From positions 386,724-450,723 of the forward strand of contig CAVRUU010000003.1 of NCBI GenBank assembly GCA_963724515.1: a stretch of DNA of 64,000 bases, in the 5' to 3' direction. This document shows, in pieces, positions 26,642 to 35,422 of this stretch. The DNA is from Candidatus Eiseniibacteriota bacterium. Lineage in GTDB: Bacteria > Eisenbacteria > RBG-16-71-46 > SZUA-252. The notes under the pieces were generated by a model. It ran no database searches and was not told where the DNA came from. It worked only from the letters and a program-made list of their open reading frames with translations. Both the position numbers and the translations under genes were made by a program. Each line of letters starts with the position of its first letter. The first letter of the stretch is position 1.

Positions 26642-28329
26642 GCGAGCAGCGTGACGTCCTCGAAGTCGACGTCCTGTTCGTCGGCGGCGGGCCCGCGGGG
26701 CTCGCCGGCGCGCTCCGCCTGACCCACCTTCTCGAGCGCCACAAGCAGGACGCGGCCGCCGGCGGAGGGGCGCCGCTCGGCGACGTGTCGATCGCGGTTC
26801 TCGAAAAGGCTTCCGAGATCGGCGCGCACGGGATCTCGGGCTGCGTTCTCGATCCCCGCGCGCTCGCGGAGCTTCTTCCCGACTTCCTCGCCAAGGGCGC
26901 CCCCGTCGAGAGCGCGGTCACGAGCGACGATCTCTTCTTCTTCACGAAGAGCGGCAAGGTCCGCTTCCCCATCATGCCCCCGCCGCTTCAGAACCACGGA
27001 AACTACGTCGTCTCGCTCGGCAACCTCGAGAAGTGGATGGCCGGGCTCCTCGAGCCGACGGGCGCCTACGTGCTCCCGAACATGCCCGCGGTCGAGGCGC
27101 TCTTCGAGGGGGAACAGATGGTGGGCGTGCGCACCGGGGACAAGGGAATCGACCGCCACGGGGCCCGCAAACCCAATTTCGAGCCCGGCGCCGACATCCG
27201 GGCGAAGGTGACCGTGTTGTGCGAGGGCGCGCGCGGCTCGCTCGCGAAGCGCCTGGCGCCGCGGCTGCGACTGCAAGAGGGGCGGCCGCCGCAGATCTAC
27301 GCCACGGGAATCAAGGAAGTCTGGAAGATGCCGGAAGGACGTGTCCCCAAGGGGCGCGTGATCCACACCATGGGTTCCCCGCTCGATTCGAAGACGTTCG
27401 GCGGCGGGTTCATCTACGGGATGGGGCGCGACCTCTGGTCGGTGGGCTTCGTGGTGGGACTGGACTACCGGAACCCCACGACCGACCCACACGGGCTGAT
27501 GCAGGAGTTCAAGCGGCATCCCTTCGTCGCGGAGCTGCTCGAGGGAGGCACCATCCACTCATACGGCGCGAAGGCGATCTCCGAAGGCGGCTACTACTCG
27601 GTGCCCCGGTTGTCGTGGCCCGGCGGGCTGCACTGCGGGGAGAGCGCGGCGCTCCTGAACTCCGAGCGCCTGAAGGGCGTCCACCTCGCGATGAAATCGG
27701 GGATGCTCGCCGCGGAGACCGCGTTCGACGCGCTCCTGCGCGGAGATTACGGCGCGGAGACGATGGCGGCGTACGACCGGCGCGTGAAGGACTCTTGGAT
27801 CTGGTCTGAGCTGTACAAGGTCCGGAACTTCCACCAGGGTTTCGAGCACGGGCTCTGGATGGGAATGGCGGACGCGGGGCTCCAGATCGCGACGAACGGC
27901 CTGGGGTTCGGGAATCGTCCGACGTGGAAGCAGGGGCATACGAGGATGGAGAAGGTGGCGGAGGCCGGCGTCCGCCCCGTCACGCTCGAGGAAACGCAGC
28001 GGCGGTACGACAACGAGCGCACGTTCACGAAGGTGAACGACGTCTTTCACTCGGGCACGAAGCACGACGAGGATCAGCCGAGCCACCTGCTCGTCGCCGA
28101 CACCAGCATCTGCGCCACACGCTGCAAGGAGGAGTACGGGAACCCCTGCCAGCACTTCTGCCCCGCCAACGTCTACGAGATGGTTCCGGACGGTCCCGGC
28201 GCCGTGAAGCTCAAGCTCAACCCTTCGAACTGCGTCCACTGCAAGACCTGCGACATCGCCGATCCCTACGAGATCATCACGTGGGTGCCGCCGGAAGGCG
28301 GGGGCGGCCCGAACTATCTGGATTTGTGA
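26638..28329 (+). CDS. Electron-transfer flavoprotein:ubiquinone oxidoreductase (ETF-QO)
   Basis: Track ORF 26245..28329, trimmed to MSEQRDVLEVDVLFVGGGPAGLAGA, whose ATG overlaps the trxB stop (ATGA). C-terminal 4Fe-4S motif CVHCKTCDIADP. Confidence 0.9.
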   Translation: MSEQRDVLEVDVLFVGGGPAGLAGALRLTHLLERHKQDAAAGGGAPLGDVSIAVLEKASEIGAHGISGCVLDPRALAELLPDFLAKGAPVESAVTSDDLFFFTKSGKVRFPIMPPPLQNHGNYVVSLGNLEKWMAGLLEPTGAYVLPNMPAVEALFEGEQMVGVRTGDKGIDRHGARKPNFEPGADIRAKVTVLCEGARGSLAKRLAPRLRLQEGRPPQIYATGIKEVWKMPEGRVPKGRVIHTMGSPLDSKTFGGGFIYGMGRDLWSVGFVVGLDYRNPTTDPHGLMQEFKRHPFVAELLEGGTIHSYGAKAISEGGYYSVPRLSWPGGLHCGESAALLNSERLKGVHLAMKSGMLAAETAFDALLRGDYGAETMAAYDRRVKDSWIWSELYKVRNFHQGFEHGLWMGMADAGLQIATNGLGFGNRPTWKQGHTRMEKVAEAGVRPVTLEETQRRYDNERTFTKVNDVFHSGTKHDEDQPSHLLVADTSICATRCKEEYGNPCQHFCPANVYEMVPDGPGAVKLKLNPSNCVHCKTCDIADPYEIITWVPPEGGGGPNYLDL

Positions 28330-28340
28330 GGGGGCCGGCC

Positions 28341-28679
28341 TCAGTACTTCGGGACCTCGGGGTCGATGACCTCGGACCAGAGGTCGATGCCGCCGGAGAG
28401 GCTGCGCACCTTTCGGAATCCCAGGTCCCAGAGGATGAGGCAGCCGTCCACGCTACGGTCGCCGATGTGGCAGTAGATGACGGTCCAGTGTTCCTGCTCC
28501 AGCTCCGATTCGGCGCGGTCGCGGAGCTGCGAGAGCGGGATGTGGATCGCGCCCTCGATGTGCGCCTTCTCCCACTCCCAGTCCTCGCGGACGTCCACCA
28601 TCACGACCTCTTCCCCCGAATCCATCATCTCGTTCACGATCTCCGGGGAGATCTCGAACTCCTGGAAGTGATCCCTCAC
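28341..28679 (-). CDS. Single-domain rhodanese-like sulfurtransferase
   Basis: 112 aa. Active-site loop CHIGDRS. No signal peptide. The GTG start overlaps the stop of the hand-found ccmD (GTGA). Confidence 0.85.
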   Translation of the reverse strand: MRDHFQEFEISPEIVNEMMDSGEEVVMVDVREDWEWEKAHIEGAIHIPLSQLRDRAESELEQEHWTVIYCHIGDRSVDGCLILWDLGFRKVRSLSGGIDLWSEVIDPEVPKY

Positions 28680-28792
28680 GGGCGCGTCTCCGTCTTGTGC
28701 TGCGCGAGCCGCGCGGCGCGAGCCCGAAGGGAGAGCAGGTAGAGGATCCAGATCACGGCCGCCAGGATGTAAGCAGCCACCGCGTAGGTCAT
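28676..28792 (-). CDS. ccmD: Heme exporter protein CcmD-like small membrane protein (38 aa)
   Basis: Below the track length cut-off and found by hand: MTYAVAAYILAAVIWILYLLSLRARAARLAQHKTETRP. One TM helix followed by a basic tail. The ATG overlaps the ccmC stop (ATGA), and the stop overlaps the rhodanese GTG. Confidence 0.65.
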   Translation of the reverse strand: MTYAVAAYILAAVIWILYLLSLRARAARLAQHKTETRP

Positions 28793-29490
28793 CGCGGTGC
28801 TCCCGCGCGATCCACCGCGCCGCCTCGGTCAGCCGACTCCGCCGCGTTTCGCAGCGCCTCGAGCCTCAGCCGCTCCTGAAACACGGCCACGAAGAAAACC
28901 AGCCACGCGACCATCGATAGGAGCAGCGTCTGGCGCATCTCGCCGGTCATCGTGACGGAGCGGGGATGGAGCGAGCCGCGCCACCACTCGACCGATTTCC
29001 ACACGATGGGGAGATTCACGAAGAGGATGATCCCGAGCACCGCGGAGATCGTCCGCTTCGAGCCCTCCCCCACCGACGCCCGCACGACGTGGTACCCGCC
29101 GTAGAGGATCCAGAGAATGAGAAAGGTCGTGAGCCTGGGCTCCCACGTCCACCAAGTGTTCCAGGCAGAGCGCGCCCACAGGGGGCCTGTCACGAGCACG
29201 ATCGTGGCGAACACCATCCCGACCTCGCAGGCCGAGGCCGCGACCGCGTCCCAGACCCAGGAGCGCGTGGCGAGGTAGGCGATGCCGGCCGCGAACGTGA
29301 GGCCGAACGCGATGAGCGTGACGATGGCGCTCGGGACGTGGATGTACACGATCTTCTGCACGATCCCCATCTGCGCCTCCACGGGGGCCTTCGCCACGAC
29401 CGCCCACAGGGAGTGCGCCACCAGATAGACCGCCACGGCCCAGAGAATCACCCGGGCCTTCTTCCACCAAGCCGGTAACGCCGACGTCAT
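28789..29490 (-). CDS. ccmC: Heme exporter protein CcmC
   Basis: Track ORF 28789..29820, trimmed to Met 111 (MTSALPAWWKK...). WWD-type motif WNTWWTWEPRLT. ATGA overlap with the ccmB stop. Confidence 0.9.
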   Translation of the reverse strand: MTSALPAWWKKARVILWAVAVYLVAHSLWAVVAKAPVEAQMGIVQKIVYIHVPSAIVTLIAFGLTFAAGIAYLATRSWVWDAVAASACEVGMVFATIVLVTGPLWARSAWNTWWTWEPRLTTFLILWILYGGYHVVRASVGEGSKRTISAVLGIILFVNLPIVWKSVEWWRGSLHPRSVTMTGEMRQTLLLSMVAWLVFFVAVFQERLRLEALRNAAESADRGGAVDRAGAPR

Positions 29491-30158
29491 TCTCCAGCCT
29501 CCTGAATCGCCTCGTAGAGCCACGCCGCCAGCGCCACTCCCACGACATCCACCACGATCATGATCTTCACCCAATCCCGGACCGCGTCGATCGAGCCGTC
29601 CGCCCAGAGCGAGCGGGTCAATTTGACGGCGCCGATCCAGAGTGGAATCAATGTGGGAAAAAGCAGGATCGAGAGCAGAAGCTCGCGGGCCTTGAGTCCC
29701 CGCGCGAGCGCGGCGAACAGCGTGCCCCACGCAGCATACCCGATGAGGGCCAGTGCGGCAACGCCGGCCACCTGGGGCAGCACGCGGAGGTTCCCCACGT
29801 CGAAGAAGACCGCCGCACACGGGAGGAGGAGCGCGAAGAGCGCCGCCATCAGGAGAAAGTTGGCCGCCGCCTTCCCGGAATACACGGAGAAAGGATCCGC
29901 GCCGGTCAGCCGGAGCGCCTCCCCTCCTCCCGATTCGGTCTCGAGGTCGAGGGCGCGCGTGAGGCCCAGCATCCCCGCGAAGAAGAGCGCCGCCCAGAGC
30001 GTGGCGCTCGCCTCGCGCGCCGGATCGCGGAACATGGGCCCGAACGCGACGCTCAGGATCAGGACGAGCGAGAGGCTGAAGAGCGCGAGCGTGGCCAGGA
30101 AGCGCGCGTCGCGGGCGTGGAGTCTTAGATCCTTGGCGAAGACGCTCAGGGCGGTCAT
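29487..30158 (-). CDS. ccmB: Heme exporter protein CcmB
   Basis: Track ORF 29487..30194, trimmed to Met 13 (MTALSVFAKDLRLH...). Polytopic membrane protein. ATGA overlap with the ccmA stop. Confidence 0.85.
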   Translation of the reverse strand: MTALSVFAKDLRLHARDARFLATLALFSLSLVLILSVAFGPMFRDPAREASATLWAALFFAGMLGLTRALDLETESGGGEALRLTGADPFSVYSGKAAANFLLMAALFALLLPCAAVFFDVGNLRVLPQVAGVAALALIGYAAWGTLFAALARGLKARELLLSILLFPTLIPLWIGAVKLTRSLWADGSIDAVRDWVKIMIVVDVVGVALAAWLYEAIQEAGE

Positions 30159-30796
30159 GGGAGCGCCTCGATCCGGCCGTCGCGGATCACGCACTCGCGC
30201 GTGATTCCCGGCACGAGCCGCTCCCGGTCGTGCGAGACGAGGAGCGCGCCCGTGCCTCGCCCGCGCGCTTCCGCCAGGAGCGAGTTCAGCGTGGCGGTCC
30301 CTTCCTCGTCGAGCCCCGCGTAGGGCTCGTCGAGGATGAGAAAGCGCGGCTCGGGAAGGAGCGCCCGGCCCAGCACGACGCGCTGGAGCATCCCGCGCGA
30401 GAACCGCTCCACGGGAGTTTTCGCGAATCCCTCGAGCCCGAAGCGCGCGAGCAGGCGCTCCGCGCGCCGGCGAGCGTCGGAAACGCCGGCGAGCCTGCCG
30501 AAGAACTCCAGATTCTCCAGGGGCGTCAAGCCGAGGTAGAGGAGCGGGCGGTGGGTCGTGAATCCGATCGATCTGCGGGCTGGGCCGAGCTTGTTCCTGA
30601 CGGCGTCGCCGTCGAGCGTCACCGTGCCCGAGTCGGCGGCCAGCGCGGTGGCGAGGATCCTCGCGAACGTGGTCTTACCGGAGCCGTTGGTACCCCGAAG
30701 CAGGACGATCTCCCCGGGATGGAGCTCGAGTGAGGCCTTGCGGAGGACGACGCGGCGCTCGAAACGTTTCCCGATGTCGCGCGCGGCGAGCGTCAC
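30155..30796 (-). CDS. ccmA: Heme exporter ATP-binding protein CcmA
   Basis: 213 aa. Walker A GTNGSGKTT, Walker B LLILDEP, and operon context. Confidence 0.88.
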   Translation of the reverse strand: MTLAARDIGKRFERRVVLRKASLELHPGEIVLLRGTNGSGKTTFARILATALAADSGTVTLDGDAVRNKLGPARRSIGFTTHRPLLYLGLTPLENLEFFGRLAGVSDARRRAERLLARFGLEGFAKTPVERFSRGMLQRVVLGRALLPEPRFLILDEPYAGLDEEGTATLNSLLAEARGRGTGALLVSHDRERLVPGITRECVIRDGRIEALP

Positions 30797-30804
30797 CGCC
30801 GGCG

Positions 30805-32028
30805 TCAGCGAACTCGGCTCGCCGGTTCCTCGGCGAGCAGTGCCTGGAGCCGCCGCTTGAGATTCTGACGTATCAGCGCATGCGTCTCGCGGGTGTATTC
30901 ACCTCGCTCGAGCCCCTCGTCGAGCGCCGCGATCAGATGAAGATAGGCTTTGCGGAAATCCCCGTCGCTCGTGGGGCCGCTTGGCGGGTGTGCGAGCGGC
31001 AGCGTGCCCGCCGGCGCCGATTTGCGCGGTGCGGGCTCAGCCGCGGGCGCAACCCTGCGGGCGCGGGCCGCGTCGCGCACGCGCCGGCCGCCTCGAGCGG
31101 CGAACCAGAGCGCGGCGGTGATCGCGAACGGCGCGATCAGCCAAGGATAGATTTTCGGATTCGACCAGAAACCGGCGCCACCGATCCGGATCGCGATCTC
31201 CTGGCCGACACCGAGGGAGGCGCCGCTGTAGACGGCGTATTGTTTCCCGCCCTGGTCCCGCGTGCCGCCGAACTCGAGCCCCGTCGACTCGATCCGGAGC
31301 TTCGGGTCATCCAGGAGCACCACGAAGGATGCCGTCGGAAAATAGAGCCGGTGGCTCAGATCGACGCGCCCGGAGAGCGGGATCCGGTACGTGAAGCTGA
31401 ACGGACGGACACCCGGGGGAATGGGACGATCGCTCGAAAGCTCCCGCCCTCTCACGCGCGTGGTCTGCGCGTCGCCCCCCATCCCTGGCTTGAAGTCGTC
31501 GATCGAGGCGGGGAGCCCGACCCGCACGCCGGCGTTCTCCGCATGGTCCGGGCCGGTGCCCAGGTAGGCCGTGTGCGCCCTGTTCTCGAAGATCAGGATC
31601 TCGGTGATGTGGAACGCATCCGGCTTCCGCTCGATGATGATGTGGTGGTTTTTCACCTGCACGGCCGAGATGTCGCGGCCGACGTCGTAGACGGTGAAGC
31701 CGTGGGTCACGGTCGGGGCCTGGTCTCCGGAGAACGGCCCCTCGGTGTAGAACGCGTCTTCGTATTCGGTCGAGACGTAGTACTGAAGCGAAGGATCGCT
31801 CGTCATTCCCGTGAATTCGTACTCGCCGCGATCGTTGGTCACCGCGGACGACCCCTTGATCTCTTCCTCGCCGCGGACCAGGTGGAGCTGCACCGTCTGG
31901 CCCGCGACCGGCTTCCGCTCCTCCCCCTTCACGACGGAGCCGCGGATCGTGATCGCCGACGCGTCGCGCGCGGCGCCCGCCGCCACGAGCACGAGCGCCC
32001 CCACAATCGCCATTCGGGCGGCCCTCAT
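30805..32028 (-). CDS. Hypothetical secreted/membrane-anchored protein embedded in the ccm operon (carboxypeptidase-regulatory-like Ig domain, unknown domain, TM helix, cytoplasmic helical tail)
   Basis: Track ORF 30805..32325, trimmed to Met 100 (MRAARMAIVGALVLVAAGAARDASA). ITIRGSVVKGEERKPVAGQTVQLHLV...NDRGEYEF resembles the CarboxypepD_reg fold. TM helix IYPWLIAPFAITAALWFAA. ATGA overlap with the upstream stop. Confidence 0.6.
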   Translation of the reverse strand: MRAARMAIVGALVLVAAGAARDASAITIRGSVVKGEERKPVAGQTVQLHLVRGEEEIKGSSAVTNDRGEYEFTGMTSDPSLQYYVSTEYEDAFYTEGPFSGDQAPTVTHGFTVYDVGRDISAVQVKNHHIIIERKPDAFHITEILIFENRAHTAYLGTGPDHAENAGVRVGLPASIDDFKPGMGGDAQTTRVRGRELSSDRPIPPGVRPFSFTYRIPLSGRVDLSHRLYFPTASFVVLLDDPKLRIESTGLEFGGTRDQGGKQYAVYSGASLGVGQEIAIRIGGAGFWSNPKIYPWLIAPFAITAALWFAARGGRRVRDAARARRVAPAAEPAPRKSAPAGTLPLAHPPSGPTSDGDFRKAYLHLIAALDEGLERGEYTRETHALIRQNLKRRLQALLAEEPASRVR

Positions 32029-32426
32029 GGTTTGAACGCCCCCGAGTCCCTCCGGCGCGCGCGTTTGTAGTCTTCGATCATGCGCTCGAGGGAATCCCCG
32101 CCTTCGATTACGGCCGGACGTGGCCCGCGCCCCTTCTCGAGCGCTTCCTCCTCGCGCAGGACTTGCAAGACCTCGTTCATGGCCTCGGTCCGCATGCGCC
32201 CGTGGTCCTCCGCCGAGATCTTTCCCGAGTCGCGGTCGAAATCCAGCTCCACGATGCCGGAATAGAGCCGCGCCTTGCGCTCGCCGATCGACCGCCGTTT
32301 CGCCTCGTCGCTGGACTCCGACCACGCGCGCTCGCCGCGCCGCAGCACGATCGGGGAAACCACGAACCAGACGACCCCCCCGACGAGGAGGATCTGGGCG
32401 GCCAGGACGAGCGCGCCTTCGCTCAT
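32025..32426 (-). CDS. CcmI-like N-terminal module (one TM helix plus cytoplasmic helical region), no TPR domain
   Basis: 133 aa. TM helix LVLAAQILLVGGVVWFVVSPIVL, then LYSGIVELDFDRDSGKISAEDHGRMRTEAMNEVLQVL, which resembles the CcmI N-terminal segment. ATGA overlaps on both sides. Confidence 0.5.
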   Translation of the reverse strand: MSEGALVLAAQILLVGGVVWFVVSPIVLRRGERAWSESSDEAKRRSIGERKARLYSGIVELDFDRDSGKISAEDHGRMRTEAMNEVLQVLREEEALEKGRGPRPAVIEGGDSLERMIEDYKRARRRDSGAFKP

Positions 32427-32935
32427 CGCTTCATCTGCCGAAGCTCAGCCTCGGCCCGCGCGCGGAGCGCATCCAGCTCGTCTTCCAGCTGCCTGCCGGA
32501 CGGGAACGGGACTGTTCCGCGGCTCCCCGCTCCGGCGGTGACGAGGTCGCCCCGGCGCCTCACCCATCGGCGGAGGACCAGGAACGCGATCGCGAAACCG
32601 AGGAGGGTGGCCGCGAACGGCGCGACCCACACGATGAGATTGAATCCCTCCGCCTTCGGCGCCCCGCGGATGACCTCGCCGTACTGGGACACGAGCGCGC
32701 CCACGATCTGGTTCTTGCTCTTCCCCTGCTTGATTCCGTTCTCGACGGTGGCCTGCATGGACTTACCCGTCTCGCACGTGCACCCGCTCAGCACCTCCCC
32801 GCAGCTGCAGGGGCAGATGAGCTGGCTCGTGATGGCGTGCGCGGGGTCGCGCGGCTTCGCGGTGGAAGTCGCGGGCCAGGCGCCGAGCGTGAGGAAGAGG
32901 GAGATCGCGAACGCGGAAGCGGGAATCCGACTCAC
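32423..32935 (-). CDS. ccmH: CcmH/NrfF-like cytochrome c biogenesis protein with atypical cysteine motif
   Basis: C-terminal 170 aa of track ORF 32423..34822, from the in-frame GTG at 32935, which overlaps the ccmF stop (GTGA). Signal peptide, then SQLICPCSCGEVLSGCTCETG...IVGALVSQYGEVI...NLIVWVAPF. This is collinear with CcmH, but the canonical LRCxxC is replaced. Confidence 0.7.
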   Translation of the reverse strand: MSRIPASAFAISLFLTLGAWPATSTAKPRDPAHAITSQLICPCSCGEVLSGCTCETGKSMQATVENGIKQGKSKNQIVGALVSQYGEVIRGAPKAEGFNLIVWVAPFAATLLGFAIAFLVLRRWVRRRGDLVTAGAGSRGTVPFPSGRQLEDELDALRARAEAELRQMKR

Positions 32936-34893
32936 GAAGCGGACTTCTCCTCGCGGCGGAGCCTCATCTTGTCGCTGAGGGCGATGAGCGTCCCGAACAC
33001 CATGACGAGACCGCCCCCCCAGACGAGGCTCACGAGCGGGTTGATGTAGGCCTGGATCGAGGTCGAGCCGTCCTCGTTCACGCCGCCCAGGATCATGTAG
33101 AGATCCTCCATCGGCGTCGAGCGCAGCGCGATCTCGGTCATGGGCTGCTGGGACTTGGAGTAGAACGCCTTCGAGGGCCGCTCCGTGCCCATGAATTTCG
33201 AGCCCCGCTTGACGTCCAGAATCGCCGTCGTATGCATGGCATTCTGCTTCTGGTTCTCGGTGACCCCGCGAAGCGTCAGCGTGTAGGGTCCGATGTGGAG
33301 CGCTTCGCCGTTCTTGAGCGGCCCGTGGGCCTCCTTCTGGAACACCGAGGATCCCAGCACACCCACGAAGAGGAGCACCATGCCCGCGTGGACGATGTAC
33401 CCGCCGTAGCGGCGCTTGTTCTTCTGCACGAGGTGCACTACCTGGCCCGGGAGCGCCGACGTCTCCGAGGCCCTCCGCGCCTGAATCCCGCGCGCGAACT
33501 CCATGACGATCGTGGTGGTGACGAACGCCGCGCCGAAGATGCACACGATGGTGTAGATCCCCGTTCCGCCGAAGGGGAGCCCGATCAACACCGCCAGAAC
33601 CCCCATGAACGCGGGCAGGATGAAGTTCCGCTTCAGCACCGAGGCCGTGGCGCGCTTCCAGGAGAGCACGGGACCCGCGCCGGTCAAGAGCAGCAGGGTG
33701 AGCGCGATCGGAACGTTCACGCGGTTGAAGAAGGGCGCCGAGACCGAGATCTTCGTTCCGGTCACCGCCTCGCTCACCACCGGGAACGTGGTTCCCAGGA
33801 AGGTGGCGAACGTGAGGGCGATGAAGAGCACGTTGTTGAAGAGGAACGACCCCTCGCGCGAGACGATGGCCTCGATCCGGTTCTCGCTCTCGAGGAGCGC
33901 CTTCCGGTAGAGGATGAGCGCGGTGGCGGCCGTGGCGGTTATGAGGATGAACGCGAGGAACCAGGGACCGATGTCCGATTCGGCGAAGGAGTGCACGGAT
34001 GTGAGCACCCCCGAGCGCGTGAGGAACGTGCCGAACATGCTCAGCAAGAACGTGAGCGAGATGAGGGTGATGTTCCAGGTCTTGAGCATTCCCATGCGCT
34101 GCTCGATCATCACCGAGTGCAAGAACCCGGTTCCCACGAGCCAGGGCATGAGCGAGGCGTTCTCGACCGGGTCCCACCCCCAGTACCCGCCCCAACCCAG
34201 CTCCACATAGGCCCAGCGCGCGCCGAGCAGAACCCCGACCCCGAGAAATCCCCAGCAGAAGAGCGTCCAGCGGCGCACCTCCTCGATCCACCTCGTGCCC
34301 GACCGGTTCAGGAGCAGCACCGCCATGGCGAAACCGAAGGGGATGATGAACCCGACGTACCCCGTGTAGAGGATCGGCGGGTGGATCATCATGCCGGGAT
34401 CTTGCAGCAGCGGATTCAATCCCATGCCGTCGGGCGGCGGCGTCGCGAGAATCCGGAACGGGGAGCACACAAAGGTCAGGAGCCCCGTGAAGAAGATCAT
34501 CACCCCGGCGACCACCATCGCGACCGCGTCGTAGAAGGGATCGAGCCGTTTCCGGTACGCGAAGAGGAAGGCCGCGCCGTAGGCACTCAGGATCAGGAGC
34601 CAGAGGAGGAGCGATCCCTCCTGGCCGGCCCAGAGCGAGCTGAAGGCGTAGTAGGCTGGGAGATCCTTGCTCGTGTGCTCCGCGACGTAGCGATAGCTCA
34701 TGTCGCGGGCGAGGAGTGCGCGCTCGAGGAGGATCACCGCGAGGAGTGCCAGACCGCACACCGTCCACACGGCGCGCCGGCCCGCGCGCAGCGGCCCCGA
34801 AAGCCCGGTGCGGAGGCCCCACGCGATGCTCCCGACGGCGAATATGGAGCAGGCGAACCCGAGGAGGAGCGAGAGTCTGCCGAGCTCGCTCAC
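32932..34893 (-). CDS. ccmF: Cytochrome c-type biogenesis protein CcmF (heme lyase subunit)
   Basis: 653 aa, polytopic. WWD motif WGGYWGWDPVEN. Confidence 0.93.
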   Translation of the reverse strand: MSELGRLSLLLGFACSIFAVGSIAWGLRTGLSGPLRAGRRAVWTVCGLALLAVILLERALLARDMSYRYVAEHTSKDLPAYYAFSSLWAGQEGSLLLWLLILSAYGAAFLFAYRKRLDPFYDAVAMVVAGVMIFFTGLLTFVCSPFRILATPPPDGMGLNPLLQDPGMMIHPPILYTGYVGFIIPFGFAMAVLLLNRSGTRWIEEVRRWTLFCWGFLGVGVLLGARWAYVELGWGGYWGWDPVENASLMPWLVGTGFLHSVMIEQRMGMLKTWNITLISLTFLLSMFGTFLTRSGVLTSVHSFAESDIGPWFLAFILITATAATALILYRKALLESENRIEAIVSREGSFLFNNVLFIALTFATFLGTTFPVVSEAVTGTKISVSAPFFNRVNVPIALTLLLLTGAGPVLSWKRATASVLKRNFILPAFMGVLAVLIGLPFGGTGIYTIVCIFGAAFVTTTIVMEFARGIQARRASETSALPGQVVHLVQKNKRRYGGYIVHAGMVLLFVGVLGSSVFQKEAHGPLKNGEALHIGPYTLTLRGVTENQKQNAMHTTAILDVKRGSKFMGTERPSKAFYSKSQQPMTEIALRSTPMEDLYMILGGVNEDGSTSIQAYINPLVSLVWGGGLVMVFGTLIALSDKMRLRREEKSAS

Positions 34894-34909
34894 GAGTGAG
34901 CGCCCCCCC

Positions 34910-35320
34910 TCACGACTTGTCCTTCCCCAGCCCCTGCGTCTCGTACTTGGATGGGCACTTCGTGACCAGCTTGGTGGCGTGCAACGCCCGGTCGGCGTGC
35001 TTGTAGGAACCCTCGACCACGACCTCGCGGCCGTCGGCGAAAGCGTCGGGCATGAGCCCCTCGTAGATCACCGCGATGTTCTCCTTGCCGTCGGTCATCT
35101 TGAATTGGAGCTTCGGGACGCGCTGGTCGTAAACCACGCTCCCCGCGGCAACCACCCCGTCCAGACGGAATCCCTCCGACTTGGGAGCGCGGTCGAGACC
35201 GGCCAGCTCTGTAACGGTCATGTATTGCATGCCGGTCTGCTTTACCCCGGTGAGGATCAGGTATCCCACCGCGGCGACGACGACCAGGGACAAGAGGGCG
35301 AGTCGAATTGGGTTACCCAT
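34910..35320 (-). CDS. ccmE: Heme chaperone CcmE, Cys-variant (CxxxY instead of HxxxY)
   Basis: 136 aa. N-terminal TM anchor and OB-fold region. The C-terminal LVTKCPSKYE aligns with canonical LAKHDENY. Confidence 0.88.
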   Translation of the reverse strand: MGNPIRLALLSLVVVAAVGYLILTGVKQTGMQYMTVTELAGLDRAPKSEGFRLDGVVAAGSVVYDQRVPKLQFKMTDGKENIAVIYEGLMPDAFADGREVVVEGSYKHADRALHATKLVTKCPSKYETQGLGKDKS

Positions 35321-35422
35321 CTGGATACCTTCTACTTAGAGAGTTTGGGAGGTGCTTCGGCGGCCCAATTGTCGCAGAGCCCTCTTGGGAGTACAAGGCG
35401 GAAGCTCTCCGGTTCGAGGTAT

